Assembly: GCA_963675785.1 (NCBI GenBank)
Contig: OY776562.1
Location: 1,999,774-2,063,773, forward strand
Source of the DNA: Anaerolineae bacterium
GTDB lineage: Bacteria > Chloroflexota > Anaerolineae > UBA1429
DNA: 64,000 bases
Reading direction: 5' to 3'
Under the pieces are notes generated by a model. The model saw nothing but the letters and a program-made list of their open reading frames with translations, did no database searches and had not been told where the DNA came from. Positions 45,933-56,284 of this stretch are shown in pieces (within the stretch, counting starts at the first letter, position 1; the number at the start of each line of letters is the position of its first letter). The position numbers and the translations under genes are program-made.

Positions 45933-47162
45933 CTATTCTTTTACAACGATACGGCGATAGCGCTTTTTGCCTGCACGCAATGTCGCCGAGCCTTTTTCAA
46001 GATCAGCCAGGGTGAACATCTGATCAAAAGAGTCAACCCGTTCGTCGTTGATGTAGGCACCGCCCTGCTGAATCAGCCGACGCACTTCACTGGCTGAAGC
46101 ACACAAGCCTGTACGTTGAAAGACCTCGGCAAACGACACACCGGCTTTGAGTTCCTCACCAGAAATCTCGGTGGTGGGAATGTCGATATCGGCATTGCCA
46201 GCCCCAAACAGAGCCTTGGAAGCCTCTTCAGCCTTGTCCGCCTCTTCTTTACCATGCACGACCGAGGTCACCTCATGAGCCAACACTCGCTTGGCCCGAT
46301 TGATTTCAGCGTCCTTGAGCTTGGCCAATTCGTTGATCTCTTCCATTGGCAAGAAGGTGAACAATTTGAGGAAGCGTACGACGTCTGCATCCTCGGCATT
46401 CACCCAATACTGGTAGAAATCATAGGGCGAGAGGCGATCTGGATCCAGCCAAACGGCGCCAGCTGCGGTTTTGCCCATTTTAGCGCCCGATGAGGTCGTT
46501 AGGAGGGGGAAGGTTAGGGCAAAAGCTTCGCCACCTTCCACACGGCGAATCAATTCGACGCCCGCTAAAATATTGCCCCACTGATCGTTACCACCGCATT
46601 GGAGCAAGCAATTCTCGTATTTGAAGAGGTGCAAAAAGTCATAAGCCTGCAAGAGCTGATAGTTGAACTCGATGAAAGAAAGGCCCCTTTCCAGACGCTG
46701 CTTGTAGGCTTCGGCAGCCAACATGCGGTTCACCGAAAAGTGGCGACCAATATCACGCAGGAATTCGACATAGTTAAGCTTACGCAGCCAATCGGCGTTA
46801 TTGAGCATCACCGCTTTGTCGTCCGAAAAGTCGATGAATCGACTAATCTGCTTTTTGAGGGCTTCTGCGTTCTCATCAATCTGTTCCACAGTAAGCAGCT
46901 GGCGCAACTCTGTTCGCCCACTGGGATCTCCGATCATGCCCGTACCACCACCAATGAGCGGGATGGGCCGATGACCAGCTCGTTGCATATGCGCCAGAAC
47001 CATCAAGGTGACCAAGCTACCACAATGCAGGCTAGAAGCCGAGGGATCATAGCCAATATACAAGGAGATGCTCTTCTCTTCGAGGACGGCACGCAAGCGC
47101 TCTTCATCCGAGACTTGTTCGACAAAGCCCCGTTCCTTTAGGACATCTAGTACGTTAGTCAT
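45933..47162 (-). CDS. tyrS: tyrosine--tRNA ligase
   Basis: Class I HIGH-like (GYDPSASSLHCGSL) and KMSKS (KMGKTAAG) motifs, C-terminal S4 domain. Start at MTNVLDV with GGAG upstream. Confidence 0.9.
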   Translation of the reverse strand: MTNVLDVLKERGFVEQVSDEERLRAVLEEKSISLYIGYDPSASSLHCGSLVTLMVLAHMQRAGHRPIPLIGGGTGMIGDPSGRTELRQLLTVEQIDENAEALKKQISRFIDFSDDKAVMLNNADWLRKLNYVEFLRDIGRHFSVNRMLAAEAYKQRLERGLSFIEFNYQLLQAYDFLHLFKYENCLLQCGGNDQWGNILAGVELIRRVEGGEAFALTFPLLTTSSGAKMGKTAAGAVWLDPDRLSPYDFYQYWVNAEDADVVRFLKLFTFLPMEEINELAKLKDAEINRAKRVLAHEVTSVVHGKEEADKAEEASKALFGAGNADIDIPTTEISGEELKAGVSFAEVFQRTGLCASASEVRRLIQQGGAYINDERVDSFDQMFTLADLEKGSATLRAGKKRYRRIVVKE

Positions 47163-47272
47163 GGCATCTCCTGTGATTTGACGCAATTGCTCTAGCACAT
47201 TAGCATCAGCAAAATGTGACTATATCGATGGTATTCGCGGCACGAGCAGGTGTCAAATGAACGGGGGACCGG

Positions 47273-47995
47273 GTGCTGGATAATCTTTTGCTGCTGGCGT
47301 TGATTTGCGCCTGCGGCGCGTTTGTATCAGGCCTAGCGGGTTTTGGCTCTGGATTGGTTCTAATGGGCACCCTGGTGGCATTTATGGATATCCAAGTGGC
47401 CTCCTCCGTCACCGCAATTATCTCGTTGGGGTTGGCACTGGCCAACATGATCTCCGTCTGGAAGCATGTCCCCTGGAACGAAGTCTGGCGCCCAGCCGCT
47501 ACAGCGTTGCCCATGGTGTGGGTTGGCGTCTTTATGCTGCAAAACCTCAACGACAGTGTGCTCAAGGGTCTGCTGGTCTTTATCATCTTGGCAGGCTGTG
47601 CTATTTCTTTGTGGTCTCCGGGCAAGCAAGAAATCAAAAGTCCCCTTTGGGCTTATGCCACAGGCATCATCGCAGGCCTGTTTGGCGGCTGCATGAACAC
47701 TGCCGGCCCTCCGGTAGTGCTGTACACCCTACTGAGTGGTTGGGACAAGAAAAAGAGCAAGGGCTATATGTCCTTCCTCTTCCTGGTTCTGGTGGTAATG
47801 CGCATCATCCTGCTGTCCACCAGTGGATTGATGCCCACCACTGTCGTCTCGACGGGACTTTTATTATTGGCGCCCGTATTCGTGGCGTGGTATGCTGGGA
47901 AAACTGTGTTCGCACGCCTGTCGGATGATCGATTCCGCTGGATTGCGGTCATAATCCTAGTCGGCATTGCCATCCGCTTGTTGGTTACACTCTAG
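47273..47995 (+). CDS. TSUP (TauE/SafE) family transporter
   Basis: Internal duplication of 4-TM units with GxGGG-like motifs (GLAGFGSG, GLFGGCMNTAGP). Confidence 0.75.
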   Translation: MLDNLLLLALICACGAFVSGLAGFGSGLVLMGTLVAFMDIQVASSVTAIISLGLALANMISVWKHVPWNEVWRPAATALPMVWVGVFMLQNLNDSVLKGLLVFIILAGCAISLWSPGKQEIKSPLWAYATGIIAGLFGGCMNTAGPPVVLYTLLSGWDKKKSKGYMSFLFLVLVVMRIILLSTSGLMPTTVVSTGLLLLAPVFVAWYAGKTVFARLSDDRFRWIAVIILVGIAIRLLVTL

Positions 47996-48031
47996 CTCAA
48001 CCTGATAGCGATAGATTGTGAGGTGTAGATT

Positions 48032-48946
48032 GTGAGTACGTTCCTGCACATTTTCTCCAACAACATCCTGCCCGTATTTATCACCATCGGCATCGGTTTT
48101 CTGCTAGACCGCACATCCCATATCGATAAAAAGACCCTTTCCAGGGTTACGGTCTATGTTTTTTCGCCTTGTTTGGTATTTGCTACACTCGTCAAGAATA
48201 CGGCCGACCCCAGAGACTTTGCTATGATGATGGTGTTCGCCACAGCCCTACACCTCGTCATGATCGTTATATCCATGCTAGTCGGACGTCTGCTCGGCTG
48301 GGATGCTCGACGACGTGATGCACTCGTGCTGGTTTCATCTTTTCTGAATGCCGGAAACCTGGGGCTCTCTGTTGTTTTGCTTTCCTTTGGTGAAGATGGA
48401 CTGGCGTTGGCCATGGCTTATTTCGTCATCAGCAACCTGATGAACAACACGTTTGGGGCCTTTTTTGCTGCCCGCGGTGGGGGACAGGGTGGCGTCAAAG
48501 ACGCCCTGAAAAAAGTGGTACGCCTGCCAAGCCCCTATGCGTTTATTTTGGGATATGGCCTGAGTTTGCTACATCTTGAGGTTCCCTCACAGATACTGAC
48601 CCCTCTGGCCACACTGGGGAATGCCGCTTTGCCAACAATGCTGCTCATGTTGGGCATTCAACTCGGGCAGACCAAGCTGAACAATCAGTTGGGCGATGTT
48701 TCGATTGGTGTGTTCCTGCGGCTTGTAGCCAGCGCTGGCGTTGCCGCACTTATGGCCCCACTGTTTGGCCTAACCGGCGTGGCCTCTCAGGTAGCCATCA
48801 TGGAATCTGCCACACCAACAGCGGTTACCACATCTCTTTTGGCCATCGAATTTGATGCCGATGCAGATTACGTGGTCAGTGTCATCTTTGGTTCTACACT
48901 ACTGAGTGCCATTACGCTCACCGTTGTGCTGGCGCTATTACAATGA
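48032..48946 (+). CDS. AEC (auxin efflux carrier) family transporter
   Basis: About 10 TM helices in a 5+5 arrangement, typical of the Mem_trans family. Confidence 0.7.
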   Translation: MSTFLHIFSNNILPVFITIGIGFLLDRTSHIDKKTLSRVTVYVFSPCLVFATLVKNTADPRDFAMMMVFATALHLVMIVISMLVGRLLGWDARRRDALVLVSSFLNAGNLGLSVVLLSFGEDGLALAMAYFVISNLMNNTFGAFFAARGGGQGGVKDALKKVVRLPSPYAFILGYGLSLLHLEVPSQILTPLATLGNAALPTMLLMLGIQLGQTKLNNQLGDVSIGVFLRLVASAGVAALMAPLFGLTGVASQVAIMESATPTAVTTSLLAIEFDADADYVVSVIFGSTLLSAITLTVVLALLQ

Positions 48947-48963
48947 GTTCCAGATAACGAAAA

Positions 48964-48994
48964 GAGGGCAGTCGATGACTGCCCCCTTTTTTTA
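48964..48994 (+). terminator. rho-independent terminator
   Basis: AGGGCAGTC-gat-GACTGCCCCC then TTTTTTTTATTT. Confidence 0.5.
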
Positions 48995-49012
48995 TTTGCC
49001 AAAGATCAAGTT

Positions 49013-49990
49013 CTAGTCTTGTTCAAACCGTTTCCCCAAGCCCGATGGGCCTGAAGCATCCATGATATGCGCTAAAGCCCGACGCAAACCCGTGGGTAAA
49101 TAACGCCCCAGCTTGTCAGGATTTGAGGCTGACACGACCAACAAAGCCACGACCATGAGCGCAAAGGGAGCCGCCTGAAACACCTGTGAGGGAATGTTGG
49201 GGTATACAGGCTGCAAGATACTGCCCAGCGATTTGAGTGCGCCAAATAAATAGGCGCCCAAAGCCACGCGAACTGGCCGCCATCCGCCAAAGATGACAAT
49301 GGCCAGCGCCACCCAGCCAAAGCCCGCAGTATGTCCTTGGCTCCAGCCCAGTTTAACACTCAAAGAATAAGCTGCACCGGCACAACCCACAAGGGCGCCG
49401 CCAATGGCCGTATAGATGTAACGCATACGGTTCACTGGTAAGCCGCGCGCAAAAGCGGATTCGGGGCGTTCTCCGATCGCGCGCAAATTCAGCCCCTGGC
49501 GCGTATGGTTGATCCAGAACCAGGCCGCCAAAACCAGAATAAAACTAGCATACACCACGATATTCTGATCGAAAAACATCGGGCCGATAACCGGTAACTC
49601 TGCCAGTACAGGGATCGTCAGATGCGGAACACTTGGCCCCGGAATGCTTACATACGATTTGCCCAAGAAGGTGCTCAAGTCCGTACATAGCAATGTCAGC
49701 ACAAAACCCACAGCTACCTGATCTTGTTTGAGAGCGATACTGCTGGAGGCCACAATGAGAGCGATGATAGAGCCAACAGCCATGGCAGCTGCAAATCCCC
49801 AGAGTACACTCCCAGAAGCATAAGCCGCCACAAAACCAGCCATGGCCGAGAGTAGGATTGAGCCATCCAGAGAGAGGTTAGTGATGCCGGCTTTTTCATT
49901 CAGCATCTCACCAATACCGGCAAACACCAGCGGCGAACCGGCGGCTATGACTGAAGCAAGGGTTTTAACCCACAAGGCGTCATTGACCAC
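49013..49990 (-). CDS. ABC transporter permease (BMP/nucleoside-type, YufQ/NupQ-like)
   Basis: Branched-chain/sugar-type ABC-2 permease fold. Last gene of a four-gene minus-strand operon. Confidence 0.8.
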   Translation of the reverse strand: MVNDALWVKTLASVIAAGSPLVFAGIGEMLNEKAGITNLSLDGSILLSAMAGFVAAYASGSVLWGFAAAMAVGSIIALIVASSSIALKQDQVAVGFVLTLLCTDLSTFLGKSYVSIPGPSVPHLTIPVLAELPVIGPMFFDQNIVVYASFILVLAAWFWINHTRQGLNLRAIGERPESAFARGLPVNRMRYIYTAIGGALVGCAGAAYSLSVKLGWSQGHTAGFGWVALAIVIFGGWRPVRVALGAYLFGALKSLGSILQPVYPNIPSQVFQAAPFALMVVALLVVSASNPDKLGRYLPTGLRRALAHIMDASGPSGLGKRFEQD

Positions 49991-51047
49991 GGGCGAGCCT
50001 CCGTTCAGCCAGGCGCTGGCGAATGCCGCGCACGATTACGAAAAAGAAGACGACGCTGGCCTGCAACACACCACCGAGGGAAGCATCCAAACCTAAGCGC
50101 AGTTCAAGGCGCGGACTACCAACCTGCACAGCCGCAAAAAAGGCCACTACCAGAGGGACAATCTCGGCCCTAAGGCCTGAAAGCAATACGACCAGCTGTG
50201 ATAAATAACCAATGCCTCCCGAAACACCAGGGATTAGGCGATAGCGGACTGCCGTAACCTGCACAGCGCCCGCCAAACCCGCCATGATGCCCGCCACCAT
50301 AAAGGCCATCAGCAGGCTTTTACGATCTTTGATGCCCAAACGCCGGGCGGCTTCATCGTTCAAACCAATGGCTTTGAGACGCAGGCCCCAACGCGTGTTC
50401 CGTAACAAGTAATAAACTGCCACAATCGCCACAACAGCCAGAATGATTGCCAAAAGACTGGCACGTGTATCACCCAGGGTGGACATGCGCGCCGCTTCAG
50501 GGAAGGGTTCCGTACCACTCATGGTAGCGCCTTCAGCACGCTTCCAGGGGCCCAGAATCAAATAATTTGTAATAGCCTGCCCCACATAGTTGAGGCCGAG
50601 TCCAGCAAAAATCTCGTTAACGCCGCCATAAGCGCGAATGAGCCCTAGCAAGAGTCCCCAAAACACGCCGCCAACGACACCCCCTAGCAGCACCAGAGTG
50701 ATGAACAATGCAGGCGAGGTGATGTCTGGAAAGGTTTGTACAACAAACGTCGCGCCTATCGCTCCAGCAATAATCTGACCCTCAATGCCAATGTTCCATA
50801 ATCCGGCTGCAAAGGTGATAAGCATGCCTGCAGAACACAGCATCAGCGGTACCATGGACATGGCAACATCTGTAATATTGTTAACGCCTCCAAAAGCACC
50901 CGAGACGATAGAACCAAAGGCCTCAAGTGGATTGGCATCGGCGCCAAGAAGCAAAACACTGGCAAAAGCCAGTGCAAGAAAAACCGGCAAGAGTACAGGC
51001 GAAACTTTGTACCAGAGTTTCAGCCCGAATCGAGGCTCGGAACTCAT
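49980..51047 (-). CDS. ABC transporter permease (YufP/NupP-like)
   Basis: Permease fold. Start at MSSEP with GGAGGGAG upstream. Overlaps neighbours by a few bp. Confidence 0.8.
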   Translation of the reverse strand: MSSEPRFGLKLWYKVSPVLLPVFLALAFASVLLLGADANPLEAFGSIVSGAFGGVNNITDVAMSMVPLMLCSAGMLITFAAGLWNIGIEGQIIAGAIGATFVVQTFPDITSPALFITLVLLGGVVGGVFWGLLLGLIRAYGGVNEIFAGLGLNYVGQAITNYLILGPWKRAEGATMSGTEPFPEAARMSTLGDTRASLLAIILAVVAIVAVYYLLRNTRWGLRLKAIGLNDEAARRLGIKDRKSLLMAFMVAGIMAGLAGAVQVTAVRYRLIPGVSGGIGYLSQLVVLLSGLRAEIVPLVVAFFAAVQVGSPRLELRLGLDASLGGVLQASVVFFFVIVRGIRQRLAERRLARGQ

Positions 51048-52507
51048 GCGCGGCTCCCTCCAATCATATAGCCGAGTTGCTCGCAAGTTACCTCAGAACT
51101 GGAGACTGGTTCAGAGATGATACCACCTGAGAACACCAAGATACGGTCGGCATAGTCTACCAACTCGTCGAGATCCGTTGAGGTAAAGATAATGGCTGAG
51201 CCCTGATTGCGGCGTTCCAAAAGCCGCGCCCAGATGCGCGCCGAAGAATCGATATCGAGCCCACGCGTAGGATGTTCAAGCAACAATAGGGAGAGTTCAT
51301 CAGGCAGAAGAGAGAGCAAGGCACGCTGCTGGTTACCGCCGGAAAGTTCCTCGACACAGGTATCGGGATGCCCAACGATGCCATAATCGCCGATTCGCGT
51401 CCGTGTCAGCACCTCGGCGCTCTCCCAATCCACCAGAATCCCTTGCTTTTGATAAGCAAGGGCGAAATGTTCGCAGAGTGTCATGCCGGGAATGAGCCCC
51501 TCTTCAAGACGTGCGGCGGGCACATACGAAACACCGGCCCGTCGAAACGCTGCGTAGGGAGCCGAAGAGAGCTCTTTATTGCCCAGAACGAGATGCCCCG
51601 CAGATAGAGAACGAATGCCCGCGCAAGCTTCCATAAAGAGGCGCTGGCCGCTTCCTTCTAATCCCGCAAGGCCAATGACCTCACCAGCACGCACGACGAG
51701 GCTAAAAGGAGCCACATCCAAACGGTATGAGCGAATGGCCGCATCTTCAAGCCTGAGCAACGGCGCGCCGAACTGCACTTGAGAACGCTGGTTGCGCGCC
51801 AAGCATTGTCCAAACATCATCTCGACAAGCGCATCGCTAGTGAAGGGCGCGCGAATCCGCCCCGAAACTTGACCCTGGCGCAGTACAGTCACCTCGCTGC
51901 ACAATTCTTGAACTTCTTTGAGTTTGTGGGAGACGAAAATGATCGAAAGTCCGTCATCAGCGAGTTTGTGCAGCGTCTTGAATAAAAGCACACGCTGCGG
52001 CTCCGAAATGCCCGTGGTTGGCTCATCCAAAATGATGGTGCGTACACCCATGTTTAACAGGCGCAGGAGCTCTAGTTGCTGGCGTTCTCCCATAGTCAGA
52101 TTGCGCACCAATTCATCGGGGTCTAGCTCAAAGCCAAAGCGCTGACAGAGGTCCAGTAGTTTTTGTCGAGATTGGCGGCGATAAAGGCGCAAGAAACCAG
52201 GGGATCCGAGGCAAAAATTCTGCAACACAGAAAGCCTGGGGACATCCAACGGATCCTGATGGAGCATGCCAATGCCGAGACGGGTAGCAACAGCAGGAGA
52301 GCCGACCTTGACCAGGCGGCCATCGAGGTAGATGGAGCCGGAATCGCAGGAGATATAACCAGTGAGGACCTTCATCAAGGTCGTTTTACCAGCGCCGTTT
52401 TCGCCGAGCAGCCCGTGGATTGTGCCGCTTTCTACAGTGAGGGAGATATTTGAGTTGGCTTGTACGGAGCCGAACGCCTTGCAGATCCCATCGAGTTCTA
52501 TTTGCAT
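51044..52507 (-). CDS. ABC transporter ATP-binding protein with duplicated NBDs
   Basis: Two Walker A sites (GENGAGKTT; GLAGLEGSGQ), two signature motifs (LTMGERQQ; LSGGNQQR). Confidence 0.85.
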   Translation of the reverse strand: MQIELDGICKAFGSVQANSNISLTVESGTIHGLLGENGAGKTTLMKVLTGYISCDSGSIYLDGRLVKVGSPAVATRLGIGMLHQDPLDVPRLSVLQNFCLGSPGFLRLYRRQSRQKLLDLCQRFGFELDPDELVRNLTMGERQQLELLRLLNMGVRTIILDEPTTGISEPQRVLLFKTLHKLADDGLSIIFVSHKLKEVQELCSEVTVLRQGQVSGRIRAPFTSDALVEMMFGQCLARNQRSQVQFGAPLLRLEDAAIRSYRLDVAPFSLVVRAGEVIGLAGLEGSGQRLFMEACAGIRSLSAGHLVLGNKELSSAPYAAFRRAGVSYVPAARLEEGLIPGMTLCEHFALAYQKQGILVDWESAEVLTRTRIGDYGIVGHPDTCVEELSGGNQQRALLSLLPDELSLLLLEHPTRGLDIDSSARIWARLLERRNQGSAIIFTSTDLDELVDYADRILVFSGGIISEPVSSSEVTCEQLGYMIGGSRA

Positions 52508-52569
52508 ATTAACCCTTGGGATAGACGGGGCAGAGGAGAATCCCCTGCCCCGTAATGTGAGAAATCAAA

Positions 52570-53829
52570 CTAGTTGCTGGCGCCATCCATGCCCTGAAGC
52601 AACTGTGGGAGATACCAGATCTGCTCTTCTGTAGCCACTTCACCCTCGGCAACATAAAGTGTGCCGTCCTGCAGATAGAGGGGGCCTTCAAAGAGTTGGA
52701 ACTCGCCGCTGGCCAGATCAGCAATGAAATCGTTCAGGTTAGCGATGTCTTCATCGGAAAGGCCTGCACCAAAGTCATAGCCAACCGGGCTGACTGTCGT
52801 GTCGTTGATGTCGTCCCAGTTGGGGGCGTTCCATTCCCAAACCTGCTCCAGCTCGCCGTTCATAGCGCGCGTGACAAAGTCAACATAGTCAGGGCCCCAG
52901 TTAAAGTACGGTGTGCCCAAGCAAACCTCAGGATAGACATCGCAAGCACCGACATAATCGTAAGGAATGGCCCAAACTTGCTCGCCCTGCTCGTAGCGCT
53001 GGCCGGCCACAACAATAGCCTCAGTGGTGTCGATGCCAGAAAGAAGCACGTCAACGCCGTTGTTGAACAGGTCATTGGCTACGTCTGTCGGGTCAAGGGT
53101 AACACCGGGGATATTGAACCAGAAGCCGATCCAGTTGACGATAAAGGTAAGGTCTTCGGCATCGCCATCGCGATAGCGCTCATAGCACTCTTTGCAGCCG
53201 AGGTAGCTGGCAGAAACCAGGCGACGGGTCTCATCGTTGACGAGGGGACCAAGGTAGCCAATGGTATCTGTCTCGGTCTTGAGGGCTGCTGCACAACCAG
53301 CAATAGCCTTCATGTAGATCATCTGCCCCATAAAGTTGGAGAGGTTTTCGGAGGCTTCGCCGGTGAGAACCTGGTCACCAGTGCATTGTACAAACTCAAC
53401 ATCAGGGTACTTGGTTGCGACAGCAGTGGTGTCAGCAGAAAAGTCATCCGAAGTGGTAAAGATGAGTTGGGCACCCTGCGAGACCATCTCGTCTACAACC
53501 TGCTCAAGGGTTGTATCGGGTCGATCCGACGTGTTTAGGCTTTCGAGGATAATGGCACGCGTGCCGGGGATTTGCTCTTCGACATAGGCAGCAGCCTCAG
53601 CATGAGCCTGGCTATAGCCATGATCGTTGGCAGGACCAACAAGCACTACGCCGAATACAAATTCTTCACTCTCATCGGGCACACTTGTCGCCGTCGCGGA
53701 TTCACCCGCCGCTGTAGTTGCCGTCGCAGGTACGCTAGTCTCCTCGGGGGTGCCGCAGCCAACCAAAATGGTTGATGCCAACAACACGAGCGCGAGGAGC
53801 AAACCGACATGCTTCGTAAGCTTTGTCAT
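52570..53829 (-). CDS. BMP-family ABC substrate-binding lipoprotein
   Basis: Lipobox LVGCG after a signal peptide, Thr/Ala-rich linker, BMP (PnrA/Med-like) fold. Start at MTKLTKH with GGGAGGAAAAGGG upstream. Confidence 0.8.
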   Translation of the reverse strand: MTKLTKHVGLLLALVLLASTILVGCGTPEETSVPATATTAAGESATATSVPDESEEFVFGVVLVGPANDHGYSQAHAEAAAYVEEQIPGTRAIILESLNTSDRPDTTLEQVVDEMVSQGAQLIFTTSDDFSADTTAVATKYPDVEFVQCTGDQVLTGEASENLSNFMGQMIYMKAIAGCAAALKTETDTIGYLGPLVNDETRRLVSASYLGCKECYERYRDGDAEDLTFIVNWIGFWFNIPGVTLDPTDVANDLFNNGVDVLLSGIDTTEAIVVAGQRYEQGEQVWAIPYDYVGACDVYPEVCLGTPYFNWGPDYVDFVTRAMNGELEQVWEWNAPNWDDINDTTVSPVGYDFGAGLSDEDIANLNDFIADLASGEFQLFEGPLYLQDGTLYVAEGEVATEEQIWYLPQLLQGMDGASN

Positions 53830-54134
53830 CCCTTTTCCTCCCAAATACAGATGAAAAAAACAATTATGCCCCAACCCTGGTCAAGCGGCTTGTTTTACGC
53901 ACGCAGGTCGGTCTCTGTTATCAGCCAGAAACAGAGAAACGGCGACACCACCAAATATTGTGTGGCCGCCGTTGGACATACCGCAGTGTAGCACACAAAG
54001 ATGCGCTTGTCCAACGACATATCATCATGCTAGATAAACAATATCACCCTGGAATGCAGGATGACTTGCAGTCATTTAAAGGGTGTGTTATGATTAGGAT
54101 TGGTGCTCCTCTCTTTGGAATCAAGGAGGTCTGC

Positions 54135-54836
54135 GTGAGCGTTCTGGTGATTGAAGCGGATACCCGCTATGCGCAGCAGCTAAAAGAGAACCTCGCTTCA
54201 GCCGATGGTCTTGGCCTTGATGTTCATATCGTGCCCGACATACAGCAGGCTTGCAAGTCACTTGAAGAGGCTTGCCCTCGCTTGATTGTTTTGAGTTTGG
54301 AGGACGACGAGACCAAACCGGGTGCACAATGTGCCAAACTCCACAAGACGAGAACGCCGCTCTTGGTGCTCGCTCCTCCTGATAAAAAAGAGTGGTGTGT
54401 TCAGTGCCTTTCCGCTGGAGCAGATGAATGCATCTGCAAACCCATAGGCCGCCGTGAACTTTTGGCTCGCGCCAGGGTTTTACTTCGCAAGGATCCACGA
54501 GCCAGAGCATCTCACGAGTATTTTGACGGCCACATTCAAGTCGACACACGAATACAGTGGGCGTGCCGCAACGATATTCCCCTACACCTCTCCAATATGG
54601 AAAACCGTTTGTTTGGTCTTTTACTCGAACGGCGTGGTCAATCTATTACCTATGAAAGCCTATGCGTTGCGTTGTGGCCGGAAAAGGACATGGAATCGGC
54701 CCGCCAACAGTTGGCCATTCTGGTGCACGCCCTGCGAAACAAAGTAGAAGACGATCCTTCTCACCCCGTCTATATCAGAACCCGCCGAATGGTTGGGTAC
54801 TATTTTTCTCCCCAAAACGCTATTGACCGCAAGTAA
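54135..54836 (+). CDS. orphan OmpR/PhoB-type response regulator with atypical receiver domain
   Basis: C-terminal winged-helix trans_reg_C (LSNMENRLFGLLLERRGQSITYESL...VYIRTRRMVGYYF). N-terminal receiver-like domain with EAD instead of DDD, candidate phospho-Asp in LSLEDDE, conserved Lys (CKPIG). GTG start with AAGGAGG upstream. No histidine kinase in the window. Confidence 0.65.
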   Translation: MSVLVIEADTRYAQQLKENLASADGLGLDVHIVPDIQQACKSLEEACPRLIVLSLEDDETKPGAQCAKLHKTRTPLLVLAPPDKKEWCVQCLSAGADECICKPIGRRELLARARVLLRKDPRARASHEYFDGHIQVDTRIQWACRNDIPLHLSNMENRLFGLLLERRGQSITYESLCVALWPEKDMESARQQLAILVHALRNKVEDDPSHPVYIRTRRMVGYYFSPQNAIDRK

Positions 54837-54884
54837 AAGACTGGTTATAGTTCCGGCATCCTAGTTGATTGCTGGAGGATTCTT

Positions 54885-55961
54885 ATGCCCAAAAAGCTTA
54901 GAGCTGCCGTCATTGGCGCTGGTGCCATTGCGACACACAGCCACATTCCCGCCTACCAAGCTTTGGATGATGTCGAGATTGTTGCCCTATGCGATATCAA
55001 TGCCGCACGTGTTGAAGAAGAAGCACAAATACTCGGCATTCCTGCATGGTACACCGAGTACCAGAAAATGCTGGATACCGAGGCACCCGATCTTGTTAGT
55101 GTTTGCAGCCCCAATGCCTTTCATGCACCCATGACTATTGCCGCACTCAGGGCTGGTGCCCATGTGATTTGCGAAAAGCCCATGGCCTTAACCTACGCGC
55201 AGGCCTGTGAGATGGTGAAAGCCAGTGAAGAAACTGGCAAAACACTTACTTTTGGTTTTCACATGCGCTCTGAGCCAACCAGCTTGGCGGCACTGCAGGC
55301 GATCAAGAGCAACAAATTGGGGCAGATTTACTATGCCAAGGCCAGCTACTTGCGCAAGTCGGGAATCCCCGGATACGGCAGTTGGTTTACCAGCAAAGAC
55401 TTGGCTGGCGGCGGTGCGATGATGGATATCGGCTGTCATATGCTTGATTTGACCCTTTGGCTCATGGGGCATCCCAAGCCAATAAGCGTTACTGCCAGCA
55501 CTTATGCTGAATTCGGACCGAGGGCTAAAGGCCTCGGTGGCTGGGGAGCTGATCATTACGGACTGGGTGCACGCTTTGATGTCGATGATCTGACCTCTGC
55601 TTTTGTGCGTTTTGAGAACGGTGCAACTATGCTGCTCGAAGCAAGTTGGGCCACCATGGGGACTCAGGGCCAGCACTTTCAGCTCTACGGCACCGAAGGC
55701 GGTTTGGAGCTCAATCCAAACCTCTTTGGCCAGGATGAACCCCTGCACTATTTCACAGAGAGTGACCTGGCTGAAAACGGCTCGCCTGTCGAACTCGTAG
55801 ATACGGATGAGCGCGGTCACAAGAGCATCATTAAGAACTGGATCGCAGCCATTCGCAAGGGCGAACAACCTGCCATCAAAGCCACCGAAGCGGCTATGGT
55901 CGTCAAGATCGTCGAGGCAGCCTATGAATCTGCCAGAACTGGCAAACAAGTCGACCTCTAA
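54885..55961 (+). CDS. Gfo/Idh/MocA-family oxidoreductase
   Basis: LRAAVIGAGAIATHSHIPA, EKP, and the GFO_IDH_MocA C-terminal domain. GGAGGA upstream. Confidence 0.8.
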   Translation: MPKKLRAAVIGAGAIATHSHIPAYQALDDVEIVALCDINAARVEEEAQILGIPAWYTEYQKMLDTEAPDLVSVCSPNAFHAPMTIAALRAGAHVICEKPMALTYAQACEMVKASEETGKTLTFGFHMRSEPTSLAALQAIKSNKLGQIYYAKASYLRKSGIPGYGSWFTSKDLAGGGAMMDIGCHMLDLTLWLMGHPKPISVTASTYAEFGPRAKGLGGWGADHYGLGARFDVDDLTSAFVRFENGATMLLEASWATMGTQGQHFQLYGTEGGLELNPNLFGQDEPLHYFTESDLAENGSPVELVDTDERGHKSIIKNWIAAIRKGEQPAIKATEAAMVVKIVEAAYESARTGKQVDL

Positions 55962-56105
55962 AGACTATTGAACAAGCAGGGTAGCTCAATTTGCTGCCCT
56001 GCTTTCCTTTTGTTCATAGCAACATCCCCCCTACAAAAGTTGCAAGCGCTCATCTTTATTCTCATTCAACTATTACGTTATATTGGATAAATACTATCTC
56101 TAATG

Positions 56106-56134
56106 TTGACTGAATGCATTGTATCGTGTAAGAT
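56106..56134 (+). promoter_or_regulatory. sigma70-like promoter ahead of small HTH gene
   Basis: TTGACT-(17 nt)-TAAGAT in an AT-rich intergenic stretch. It predicts a 150-nt leader containing a CCGCCCG-aggattg-CGGGCGG hairpin. Confidence 0.35.
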
Positions 56135-56284
56135 AGTGTTAATCAGTCAGTGTATTCTTACAGAAGGCAACTGTGTTCTTACGTCAAGCGCCTGTGACCC
56201 TTGCCAACTTGGAATGCGCTGCTGGGCATAGTTTCAGCTATCCGCCCGAGGATTGCGGGCGGGCAAAACTGGGGGGATAAAAAG

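Noticed and set aside
46116-47141. Plus-strand ORFs of 125 and 180 aa
   Set aside because: Antisense to tyrS.
47163-47272. T-box leader upstream of tyrS
   Set aside because: The leader is only about 110 nt before the divergent TSUP gene, and the T-box consensus is absent. The gene is probably not T-box regulated here.
52696-53538. 280-aa ORF on the plus strand
   Set aside because: Antisense to the BMP-family substrate-binding lipoprotein gene.
55188-55949. 253-aa ORF on the minus strand
   Set aside because: Antisense to a Gfo/Idh/MocA oxidoreductase with clear family motifs.
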